Shown here in pieces: positions 31,399-40,217 of a stretch of DNA of 64,000 bases. The position numbers and the translations under genes are program-made. The stretch spans positions 155,149-219,148 of the forward strand of contig CAVTED010000003.1 in the NCBI GenBank assembly GCA_963733795.1, in the 5' to 3' direction. A model generated the notes under the pieces. That model searched no databases, was not told the origin of the DNA, and saw only the letters and a list, made by a program, of their open reading frames with translations. The first letter of the stretch is position 1. Every line of letters starts with the position of its first letter. The DNA comes from an uncultured Acidobacteriaceae bacterium (GTDB lineage Bacteria; Acidobacteriota; Terriglobia; Terriglobales; Acidobacteriaceae).

Positions 31399-32287
31399 TC
31401 ATGGCTTCGCTGGTCGCCGGTGGTGTCGAGAGTGACAAAGCCCATCGTCTCCTGTACGGCGGTGAAGTGCGGACGCAGGACTGCCCAGACCTGGCATATC
31501 CACCTGGTTTATAGCCGGACCTTGTCCGACCAGCGGAACTCTTTCCGTTGAACGCCCAGGTGCGATCCTTGAGCAACGTAGGCCGACGTGATTCATGCGG
31601 CCTCGCGTCTTCAATGTCCTGGCCTTTGCGCCTGCGCCGCGCTTTATTTCGAGCTTCATGCGCAGGACCAGGTGCGGCTCATAGCCGAAATTGTTGCGAT
31701 CCGCCGGCTTTCATCTTCTCGCCGGTCTTGATCTTGTGATCTCGCCCTGCTCGTCGATGAGGTCGTCGGTCACATCGCCCACGCGGACCGAGCGCGATGC
31801 AGTGCATCTTCGAGTTTAGAAAATGCGCGACATAGTCGGTCCACATGGAGTTCAATTCGTCCCCCCGTTCGTTTCCCGACTTCTTGCGGACGGTCTTCAG
31901 CAGCTCGATCCAGATTTTCTGCAGTTCGACCATCCACACGCAGGCCCCGGCTCGCTCGGCATCCCTGAGATCGGTAATCATCCCTTGAAAGGCGGGACGG
32001 TGCGCTGAATAAGTTCGATCTTCTCCGGAGCGAAGATGGTGCGCTTGGGAAACTGCATGCCAAGTCCGGATCAGTGCCCCAGACCGGAGCGCCGCCGTAG
32101 AACTCCTTCGAGAGCGCGGCCGCGTACAGGCAGGCAGTCGTGGTCTTGCCGACGCCCTGCTCCCCAAGATAGCGGAGCTTGGTGGGCACGACTTGCGCGG
32201 TCCTCACCTGCGGGACCGGCACAGCCTGAGGGATAGGACGAATAAGGTGAGTTGCGGTTGAGTTTCGGTAATGACAGCGGTAGCCAT
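31399..32287 (-). pseudogene. P-loop NTPase (phage AAA/Sak4-like), heavily frameshifted
   Basis: AAGGAGA RBS, then MATAVITE... The Walker A motif is LGEQGVGKTTT (about 32140-32170). The sequence continues in at least 4 frames (..GMITDLRDAERAGACVWMVELQKIW.., ..KTGEKMKAGGSQQF.., ..NFGYEPHLVLRMKLEIK..). Further degraded antisense coding remnants extend to about 30890. Confidence 0.45.
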
Positions 32288-32419
32288 GGTCATTCTCCTT
32301 GTATTTGGGATTCGACGCGCAGCGCGCGGCGGTTGAGTTCTTGAGCTTTTTGAGAGCCGGGTCTAAGTCTTATGGCGGGAAATGGTAGCTAACTAGTGGA
32401 GTAGACGACTACTTCCAGA

Positions 32420-32481
32420 CGAGAGATCGGAGCGCCGGATCGGGCAGACGACGAATGGGGAACGGCGGTCGAGAGATCGGA
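32420..32481 (+). promoter_or_regulatory. pair of 12-bp direct repeats (CGAGAGATCGGA) 50 bp apart in a divergent intergenic region
   Basis: Perfect copies at 32420-32431 and 32470-32481, inside the about 470-bp non-coding gap between the antisense block and the rightward small genes. Confidence 0.35.
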
Positions 32482-32864
32482 CGCAGACAACCAGAAACGA
32501 GGAAGACTGGGTAGGGATTGGACGAAGCCATCGGGCTTCCTATACAGGCTTGGTGGTCAGGGCTGCCTGGGTGGGCCTAACACTCAAAGTGGCCCGTATT
32601 GCTTTACGAGCCTAATCGTATACGCGGGGGGCGCGCATGTCAAGGGACGCATTTCATGGCAAAAGTTATTGCGTGGGGGCGGCGCATCGTGCTAGGGTGC
32701 GCATACGGCCGAAAAAAGGTCTTTGATCGTGATTTTTTGTGAAAGAGTGGGCGCAAAGGGGCCGCAATGACTAACAGCAAGCTCTCCGCGAAAGAACGGA
32801 AGCTGCGCCAGTCGCGCTGCGAAAGCCCGTCGGGCCAAAGTAAAAGCAGCAAAGGGCAAATGAG

Positions 32865-33128
32865 ATGACTCAGCAAGAATCGGATGCGGTTGTGGGGCGA
32901 GTGTTCCGAGAGCACAAAGCCGCAAAGGAACACCTGGCTAGGATCGAGAGTGAAATCGCAAGAGCGAGAGGCCAGATCCAATCATTCCTGACTACGGATC
33001 TCAATAATCTGCAAACTGCAAAACTGCCAGAGTGTCTTGCAGGCGCACAGCTTGGGAAGCTTCTGGACGATTACAAATCGGTATTCAGTGAAGTGCTCCG
33101 CCTAGATGGCGAAGTTACAGAGTTCTGA
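32865..33128 (+). CDS. hypothetical coiled-coil protein
   Basis: 87-aa ORF; its ATG overlaps a 33-codon upstream ORF (atgagATG). Confidence 0.45.
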   Translation: MTQQESDAVVGRVFREHKAAKEHLARIESEIARARGQIQSFLTTDLNNLQTAKLPECLAGAQLGKLLDDYKSVFSEVLRLDGEVTEF

Positions 33129-33232
33129 CGGAATACTGTTTCGCAAAAGCACCGGTCGTGACGGCGACACCAACCAGTGCCCAAGCGCGTTAGGCTAAAC
33201 AAAAGAAGGCAGTCCACCTGAAGAATGACCCG

Positions 33233-33615
33233 TTAATTGTGCTCTGCTCGAATCCTTTGCACAATTTTTGTTTTCAATTCCTTGCCATCCTTGCGCTTGA
33301 TGTACATGTGCTTCTGATCCAATCGAACGTCGATGGCATCATTCACAATGAAGTCCGATGGCTCGTAGCTCCAGCGAGTTCTAGGCCAATATGAGCCGAC
33401 GTAGATCATCTCCCGATTTGAACGCTGAAGCGATATTCGACATCCGTAACGGTGACAATCGAACCATTGTAGGAGTTTTCGACTTCTCGGTTGGAACGTG
33501 CGTCGGTTATGGCCAACAGTTTCCCGGTCTGGTACTGAGCTGCAGAGGCGACGACGGCCAAAAGAAGGAAGCCAACGGTTTTCGCTAGGCTCTGCACGGG
33601 CAGGGACTTTATCAT
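33233..33615 (-). pseudogene. small secreted hypothetical protein (one frame break near 33415)
   Basis: Signal peptide MIKSLPVQSLAKTVGFLLLAVVASAAQ (ORF 33406..33615) continues in the frame of 33233..33634. Confidence 0.4.
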
Positions 33616-33963
33616 GACCCCATCGAGGAAGCAATGATGCCAGACGCGAGAGCCACTTTCGGGCCTACGAGTTGGCGGAATACATCCCCAGGGCAGCCCT
33701 GTTTCGGGGAGTCGAGATCGTTTCCTACTGGGACGATTTTGGGGTTCCTGCGGACATGATCTGCCTGTTTAACCCAGAGAATGGAGCCTGCGGAATTCGG
33801 AGGGTAGTTTCGGCATCGGGGATTTAGTCAGGAAGTGCTGCCTTACAGGGGACATGCGCGAAGCGAGCGTAATCACCGAAATCCAGAACGCCATCACGGA
33901 CCTGCTGCAGGCGGATCAGGGGCGGCAGGTGGACATCGCGGAGTTGGAGAGGTTGGCAGGGCT

Positions 33964-34272
33964 ATGAACCAGATCGGGCAGCTTCTTAACGACGCATTTA
34001 TTGGTGGCGTATTCATTGGGGCAGTTCTGCTGGGGTTCTTGATCGGCGTTGTGATCGGGTGGAAGCTCCGTGGTGAACCTGTGATCAATCCGACTGACCC
34101 ACGCACGCGGCCCAGCGATTACCCCGTTAGCAATGCGGGATTCGGACCCGACTATCCCTTCAACGAGCGCCCGTTTCCGGAACGAAGTAATAAAAGTTTG
34201 GCTAGTTCCTCACAATTTGCCCGCGCCCACGCGGATGCCCAGAAGGCCGTCCTTCCTCCCTTCCGTCCTTAG
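33964..34272 (+). CDS. small membrane protein (one TM; holin-size)
   Basis: The ATG at 33964 is in frame with 33835..34272. The TM segment is FIGGVFIGAVLLGFLIGVVIGW. An ATGA overlap links it to a 37-codon upstream ORF (33854..33967). Confidence 0.45.
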   Translation: MNQIGQLLNDAFIGGVFIGAVLLGFLIGVVIGWKLRGEPVINPTDPRTRPSDYPVSNAGFGPDYPFNERPFPERSNKSLASSSQFARAHADAQKAVLPPFRP

Positions 34273-34564
34273 GTCCGAATCCTCCGCAACCGGAAGGAGC
34301 CCAGCCGAAACCGCATCCCCTCGCCAGCGCGACATCCTCGGCGAGATGACTCACGCCGCTGCCCTAGCCCGGCACGTCGAACAAGCCTCCGCCCGCATTG
34401 TGCAAGGACTCCCGGCGAATCCGAACCGCCACCCCGGAGCAGACCTTCGGCAACGTGCTCGATGTAGTGCACACCGGGAGCCCTGCAGCCGCCATTGCCG
34501 CGCACCCGAAGAAGAACGCTCGCGGCTGATTTCCGAAGCGCAGGATTCGGCCACCCAGTGGATC

Positions 34565-35602
34565 ATGGCGCATAACGGAAAAGTGGTCGTGCATGGGAAA
34601 GTGATGCTCGCGCATGATATGAAAGGTGCGCAGAGCCTTGCGGCGAAAATCGTGAATGACGAGGTAGAAGGGCATGACCAGGAAAACGCCGAAGCCGCCG
34701 CTGGGATGCCTGCCGCCGGGGACAAGGTGCCGCGCGGGAAACAGTCTGGTGGCTCTGACCGCTCAAGGGCTGGTCGAGTATCGAATCGATCCGGGAACGG
34801 GCGAAGTGCGGACGCTGCACCCGGCCAGGGAGATAACGCTGGCGGAGATGCGGCAGCGGTTCCCGAAACTGGACCTGCAGTCGGCGGCATCGACGCGGAC
34901 AGCGGTCGGGTCATCACTCACTCCACCGACGACCTCGACGAAGCCCAACAAACAGCCACCGCTGCGGCGCCGGAACTCGAAGACAAACTCCAGCAAGTTG
35001 CGGCCTCTGTCCCCGGCGTTAGGGTCCACGGCGTCAGGCCAGAGAAAGACAAGGATCGAGCCCAAAGGAAAACGGAAGCCGACGACAAACCGGTAAACAC
35101 CCACTCCGACCTGCTGGCGGGACGTTTGGTAGCGGACTCCACCGAGGCCAAGATGTCGCCGTGGAGGCCCTCAAGAATTCCGCGCCCGTCATCGACGAGG
35201 AAGACTCCTTCCAGAACGGCGATCCCGACTATGGCTTCCGCTCACACGACCTGCAGGTGGCCTTAGGAAAAGGCGACACTTCGGCGGAAGTGCAGATTGT
35301 CCAAAGAAGTAGCGGAGATCGACGAAGACACCCACCCCACTTACGAACGAGGCAGAGATGCCGAAGCCGACGGCGACACCGAAACCGCCGAGCAAGCCAA
35401 AGCGGAGAACCGGGACGCGCACGATGCCGCCATGGAGAAATTCAACGAGCGAAACGGGGACAAAAGCGCGAAGCTCCGCGAACTGCTGAAGCAGGCAGGC
35501 TTTGAAGTAACCGGAGAGCCGGTGCGATTGGGCGGACATGCATTTCTGCCGATCAAAGAGAGCGATGATAAGACTAGTCCCACTGACGCTGAAGCAGGCT
35601 AA
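34565..35602 (+). pseudogene. RelA/SpoT-like nucleotidyltransferase domain protein (at least 4 frame breaks; start uncertain)
   Basis: Reconstructed sequence: ..VRVHGVRPEKDKDRAQRK..DLLAGRLV (35108-35131) ..DYGFRSHDLQV (35230-35259) ..AEVQIV.. ..HPTYE (35329-35343). It parallels the small-alarmone-synthetase blocks RvK..S...K / DixGlRi / GYrSxHl / vEiQiRT / H..YK, though imperfectly. Confidence 0.4.
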
Positions 35603-36038
35603 CGCTTTGGTCGCACGTTTGCACCGGCACCACAAGCCGATTCAGGGGCACCGTTTTACGATTGGCGCGCAGAACGGTTCCCTGATCGGCGCGGCAATCG
35701 TGGGAAGGCCAGGAGCGCAGCAGACCGAGCAATACTTCGTTGCTGAAGTGACGCGACTGGTGAGCGATGGAACGCCGAACGTTTGCTCCATGCTCTACGC
35801 AGCTTGTGCCCGAGCGGCAGAGGCAATGGGCTACGAATCCATCCAAACATTCATCCTTGAAAGCGAGCCGGGCACATCCCTCAGGGCTGCTGGATGGAAA
35901 TTTGTGCACATGACCGAAGGTGGCGATCACAACCGGCCTTCGAGAAAAAGGCGCAGGCGCGACCGAGCCGGAATGCCCAAAACAAAAGTGGGAAAAGCGA
36001 TTCCCGAATGCCCCGCAGTAAAAAATCTTCCCAACTGA
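35565..36038 (+). CDS. GNAT-fold, XF1762-family-like phage protein
   Basis: MIRLVPLTLKQANALVARLHRHHKP..GHRFTIGA..GSLIGAAIVGRP...EVTRLVSDGTPNVCSMLYAACARAAEAMGY..IQTF. I recall this pattern from XF1762-type proteins found next to phage terminases. The ORF is intact. Confidence 0.5.
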   Translation: MIRLVPLTLKQANALVARLHRHHKPIQGHRFTIGAQNGSLIGAAIVGRPGAQQTEQYFVAEVTRLVSDGTPNVCSMLYAACARAAEAMGYESIQTFILESEPGTSLRAAGWKFVHMTEGGDHNRPSRKRRRRDRAGMPKTKVGKAIPECPAVKNLPN

Positions 36039-36516
36039 CCGAACTGGAGTTGGCCTGTGTCGCCAACTACCGAGGCAACCAGGTCGAAGCCGCCAAAGCT
36101 GCGGGCGTGAAGTGCGCCAAAAAGCAAGCCAGCGTGATCTTCAACCGGCCGAGTAAGAGAGCGGTGTCGAAAAGAAAGTGGCTGCGGCCATCACCAAAAG
36201 TGGGGAGAACTTAGGGGAAGCGATTACGCTGTCCCGCAATAAAATCATCAACCGTCTGGATCGGCTGTCCGAGCGCGCCGATTCGGACTCCGTCAAAGTA
36301 TCCGCGCTTCGAGAACTCGTCGACATTTGGGGCCTGAGAGCCAAAGATGGCAAGGGTGATCTCTTCGCGGGCTGGACCGAAGAAGACCTCCAGTACTACA
36401 TTCGCACCGGGGGTGCCATTCCGCCTCGTTTCCGATCCCCTCTCGGGGAATGGCGAAAGCGACCGAGAGTTTCTTCGGCTCCAACGAGCCCGTCAACTCC
36501 AGCAAAGTCAGGCTGA
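36008..36516 (+). pseudogene. terS: terminase small subunit (one frame break near 36170)
   Basis: The N-terminal HTH-like segment is LTELELACVANYRGNQVEAAKAAGVKCAKKQASVIFNRP. The sequence continues in ORF 36178..36516, immediately upstream of terL. Confidence 0.55.
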
Positions 36517-36561
36517 GCAGGCCCAGCAGGCGTCCAGCTTCTGGACCAGGCTGGCGATGCT

Positions 36562-38255
36562 GTGCGCGATCCCTACCTGTGGGCCACTCGCTACACCGAG
36601 ACGTACAACCCGCACTGGGTGGAGGAGCAGCGGCCCTCGCCCTACGAACCCTTCCCTTCATTCGAAGAGTATCCCCACATCTATGACCTGTTTCAGGCGT
36701 TCGCGCTGGAGCGGATTCACTTCATCGAAAAGTCGCGCGACGTGATGGCGACCTGGGGATGCGTGGCCTACCTCACCAACAAGGCCATGATCGTGCCTGC
36801 CCGCGAAGTTCTTTTCCAGACGCAAAAACTCGACAAGGCCAAGCAGCTCATCAAGTATGCGCGCTGCCTTTACGCAGCGCCAGCCGCAGTGGCTCAAAGA
36901 CGCCTTCCCTCTGGGCAAGCACCAGTCCGATACCAAGCTCACCTTCCAGCATGGTGGCGGGGTGTACGGGATTCCGGGCGGCTCCGATCAGATCCGCTCT
37001 TACCATCCCTGGGGCTATCTGAACGACGAGAGCTCGTTTCAGCCGGACGCCGGCGAGTGCTACAACGAGGCGCTGGCGGCGGTCGCAGGACCGATCATCT
37101 TCAACTCTTCGGCGGGCCCGGGCTGGTTCGCCGACGTCACCCACGGAGTGATTCTTGACGCCGAAGAGTAAAGTCGCGGAAGCGCTGGCGGTGGCGAAGA
37201 CTGTGCCGGCGCAGGATCCCGTTCCTGTCCGCCGCGGCTACACCGTGCGCCGCACCAGCGGCGGCATCCCCGTCCATCGCGTGCACTACAGCGTTATGCC
37301 CTCGCGCGATCCGGAACAAACTCCAGCATGGAGAAGGGCGGAGCGTTCCACCTACACCTCGCAGGCCGCCTGGGACCGCGAACAGGAAATCGTACACAAC
37401 GCCGGCGGCGGCGAGCTGGTCTTTGCCGACACGCTGATCACCTACTGGAAAAAGATCGTCATCACCGCGCCGGAGTGGCGGCCCGATGAGCGCTGGCACG
37501 TGGAGTCAGGCTTTGACCACGGGAAGACGAACGCGACCGCCTTCGAGCGCTACTACGTCGACTACGATGGCGTGATCTATTTCTGCGGCGAGTATTACCA
37601 GCCGGGAAGAGAAGTCTGGCAGCACGCGCCGGTTCTGAAAACGATGTCGGATATCCGCAAGGTGGAAGTAGCCTACGCCGATCCGACCATCTTCGATGCC
37701 ACCATGCAGCAGTCGAATCAGCCCAGCCAGCCGGGCAAAGCCGCGGAGCGCGCGAAATCGATCAACAATCTTTACGTCGAGCAAGGCATTCAACTCTTCA
37801 GCCCGTTCGTAGGCGATCGCTCTGACATCAGTTTCGCCGCCCGGTTGCTCATGCACTGGTCGAATCTCGACCGGCGCGAACCCACCGTCAAGATCGTCTG
37901 CCGCTTCCCCAATGTCGACGTGCCGCGCCCTGGGCTGCACAACTGGGATTGCCCAAACCTGCTGTGGGAGCTGATGCGCACCCGCCGGCAGAAACTCACC
38001 GCGCAACAGGCGCTGACCCGGAACAAGAGCGAGGCCATCGTCGACAAGGACAACCACGCGAGAGACGCCATGAAGTACGGGCTCATGTCCCATCCCGAGC
38101 CCACCGTGAAATCGCTGCGGGAGAAAATCGCCGAAGAGTTGAAACCGCTGACCGACGCCGGAGACTACACCTCTGCCATGATCCGCTACAACCAGCAGTT
38201 GAGCGTGAGCAAGCCCAAGCCGATCCGGATTGGGAGAAGGCAGCCGAAGCGCTAG
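36562..38255 (+). pseudogene. terL: terminase large subunit (2 frame breaks near 36880 and 37160)
   Basis: ATPase part: IHFIEKSRDVMATWG (Walker-A-region analogue) and GYLNDESSF (Walker B DE). Nuclease part: SGFDHGKTN, VAYADPTIF and IVDKDNHARDAMKYG, the Asp triad typical of terminase RNase-H-like nucleases. Confidence 0.85.
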
Positions 38256-38281
38256 CACCTCCGGTTACCCCAAAAAATACA

Positions 38282-38310
38282 TTGATTCCTGTAGATATTC
38301 TAGGCATTAT
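38282..38310 (+). promoter_or_regulatory. sigma70-like promoter candidate (TTGATT-17-CATTAT)
   Basis: Read in the AT-richer spacer after terL; it would drive 38468 and the recombinase genes. Confidence 0.3.
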
Positions 38311-38467
38311 TCCAAGCAAGGGAGGAGGAGGGGAGCTGTATCCTCTGGCGCGCCCGAGTAGAAAAGAAAAGCCAGCCCTCGGTAAAAGGGCCGGCTCCGG
38401 GAAGGGATTCGGGAAAGCTGCTGTTTCTGGCTGGTTACCGTAAACCCTAACACAACCGGAGCCTTGA

Positions 38468-38968
38468 ATGACTGAGAATTTACCGCCCAGTGCTGCGGAA
38501 GTCGACGCCCTTGCCGAAGAGATGCTCACCTTAAAGGGCAAGGTCGGCTCCATTCTGGAGAAAGCCCAGCAGGACTCCAAACCTCACCTCGACCGGATGG
38601 GAGAACTGAAGGAAGTGGCCGAACGCTGGATCCGCGCATTCGGTTCCGCTCACGCCGAGAAATCGAAACTCCTGCACGGCATCCTCTACGAAATCATGGG
38701 CACGTTTGGTATGTCGACGTCGATCGATGCGGCGGCGGTCGAGGCGTTCCGGAAGGGCCTGGTCAAATCCAAGCAGGCAAAGTTGCTGAAGAAGCTTTTC
38801 ACTAAGACTGTGCGCTTCGACCTGAATCCCGACGGTGCGGAGATCGTGAAAGGCGTGACCCTGAAACCGCGACTGGTGGCGTTGTGGGCGAAGTGCTTTG
38901 TGAACCAGTCGAAGACGCCGGTGATCACCCCGCGGTTGAAGAAGAAAGAGAATGGGGTGGCCGCGTAA
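38468..38968 (+). CDS. hypothetical protein (loosely Gam/host-nuclease-inhibitor-like)
   Basis: Intact 166-aa ORF. The N-terminal coiled coil and ..EKSKLLHGILYE.. are reminiscent of Mu Gam-type proteins; this is a weak resemblance. Confidence 0.45.
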   Translation: MTENLPPSAAEVDALAEEMLTLKGKVGSILEKAQQDSKPHLDRMGELKEVAERWIRAFGSAHAEKSKLLHGILYEIMGTFGMSTSIDAAAVEAFRKGLVKSKQAKLLKKLFTKTVRFDLNPDGAEIVKGVTLKPRLVALWAKCFVNQSKTPVITPRLKKKENGVAA

Positions 38969-39068
38969 AAACGGTAGAACGTTTTCCACAGTGACGCACA
39001 TACCGCCTAAGCAGTAGTCTTCCGTTCACCCGCAGTCCCAGTTAGTTTTCCCAGCCCCGGACAACTGA

Positions 39069-39878
39069 ATGAAAGCCCCAGTCTCCCTGACCTCCGAGGA
39101 GCTCCTCGCGGTTCTCGCCAAGGCGCGCACGCGACGGTTGCGCGACTGGGCCATCCTCGTCCTGCTCTATTGGCACGGATATCGGGTGAGCGAACTGGTC
39201 CGCAGCTCGACCAGGCAGCTAGGGCTGTTCTTCACTCACGAGAAGGCGCAGCAACGCTGTGAAGAATGCCCCGGTTCCTCCGTCCAGGAGGTTGTGCGCA
39301 AAATCAAACACAAGCCCCGCACCTGTTACCTCGTGACTTCCCCCGTGGCGATTGAGCGGCCCGGCCTGACCGTGGACGCCGTCGAGGGCGCCGAGATCAC
39401 CGTCCAGAGGCTCAAAGGCTCCATGCGCACCACCCAGAACCTGCAGGACCACGAAAACCCCCTGCTCGACGAAAAACAGGCTTGGCGGGAGTGGCTGGCC
39501 GAGCGTCCGAGGCTCGGGAAGAAGGGTGCCGCAAAAATGTCCCAAAAAGACGTTTTGGGACATTTCCCATCGGATGAGGTCTTTAACATCTCCCGCCGCC
39601 AGGTCCACCGGCTGTTTCAGCGCTATGCGACCGAGGCCGGACTACCCCGGCGAAAAAGGCACCCCCACTGCCTCAAACACACGATCGGAACTGATCTTGT
39701 CGAATCCGGGCTACCCCTGCCCAAGGTCCAAGTGCATCTCGGTCACAAGTCTCTCGCCTCGACCGGAAAGTACACCTTGCCCAAAGAAGACGAGGTCTCG
39801 CGCGCCGTCGGTCGCGCCATCCGCGCAAAGTCAGAACTGCGACAATTGCAGCAGCAACCCCTCTTTCCCGCCGATTAG
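39069..39878 (+). CDS. tyrosine recombinase (XerC/D-like) with a large insertion and non-canonical HxxK
   Basis: HGYRVSEL (Arg I), VQRLKGS (Lys), HPHCLKHT (HxxK instead of HxxR), HLGHKSLASTGKY (His, Tyr). The 269-aa ORF is intact. Confidence 0.8.
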   Translation: MKAPVSLTSEELLAVLAKARTRRLRDWAILVLLYWHGYRVSELVRSSTRQLGLFFTHEKAQQRCEECPGSSVQEVVRKIKHKPRTCYLVTSPVAIERPGLTVDAVEGAEITVQRLKGSMRTTQNLQDHENPLLDEKQAWREWLAERPRLGKKGAAKMSQKDVLGHFPSDEVFNISRRQVHRLFQRYATEAGLPRRKRHPHCLKHTIGTDLVESGLPLPKVQVHLGHKSLASTGKYTLPKEDEVSRAVGRAIRAKSELRQLQQQPLFPAD

Positions 39879-39879
39879 T

Positions 39880-39898
39880 CTGTTCTGTTTTCGTAACA
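39880..39898 (+). repeat. 19-bp direct repeat copy 1 (CTGTTCTGTTTTCGTAACA)
   Basis: Matches 40068-40086 at 17 of 19 positions and shares the core TTTCGTAA with the octamer array at 16831. Confidence 0.8.
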
Positions 39899-40067
39899 CT
39901 CCTCCCTTCGTCGTCCTCGCGCTCCCGCAATTCTGCACACTCCTCTGGTAAGGCTTCGTTCCCGGGGCTTCTTTACCCCTTGCGCCTCAACTTACTTCTG
40001 TAGCAGAATTTAGCCTCTTAGCGGCGGCCTTTCCCCATCCTGCCGCCGCTCGGCCCTAAGCCCACAT

Positions 40068-40086
40068 TTGTTCGGTTTTCGTAACA
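40068..40086 (+). repeat. 19-bp direct repeat copy 2 (TTGTTCGGTTTTCGTAACA)
   Basis: See copy 1; it lies 130 nt upstream of the integrase ATG. Confidence 0.8.
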
Positions 40087-40217
40087 GCGGAGAGGCCCGT
40101 GCGCAAGAAGTCTCTGTCTGTTGTACAAACCGCAGCACCGTTCCCCGCGCGGCCAAAGGCCTCCCCCACTCCCCTGGGCATATCGATTGCCCATCTTGTG
40201 AACGCTCGCGCGCGCGG

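Noticed and set aside
34133-35266. The 377-aa ORF, the longest in this part of the track.
   Set aside because: Much of it has an Arg/Ala/Pro/Ser-rich out-of-frame composition. Recognisable protein sequence enters and leaves this frame repeatedly, so it is a composite of real segments and shadow frame, not one gene.
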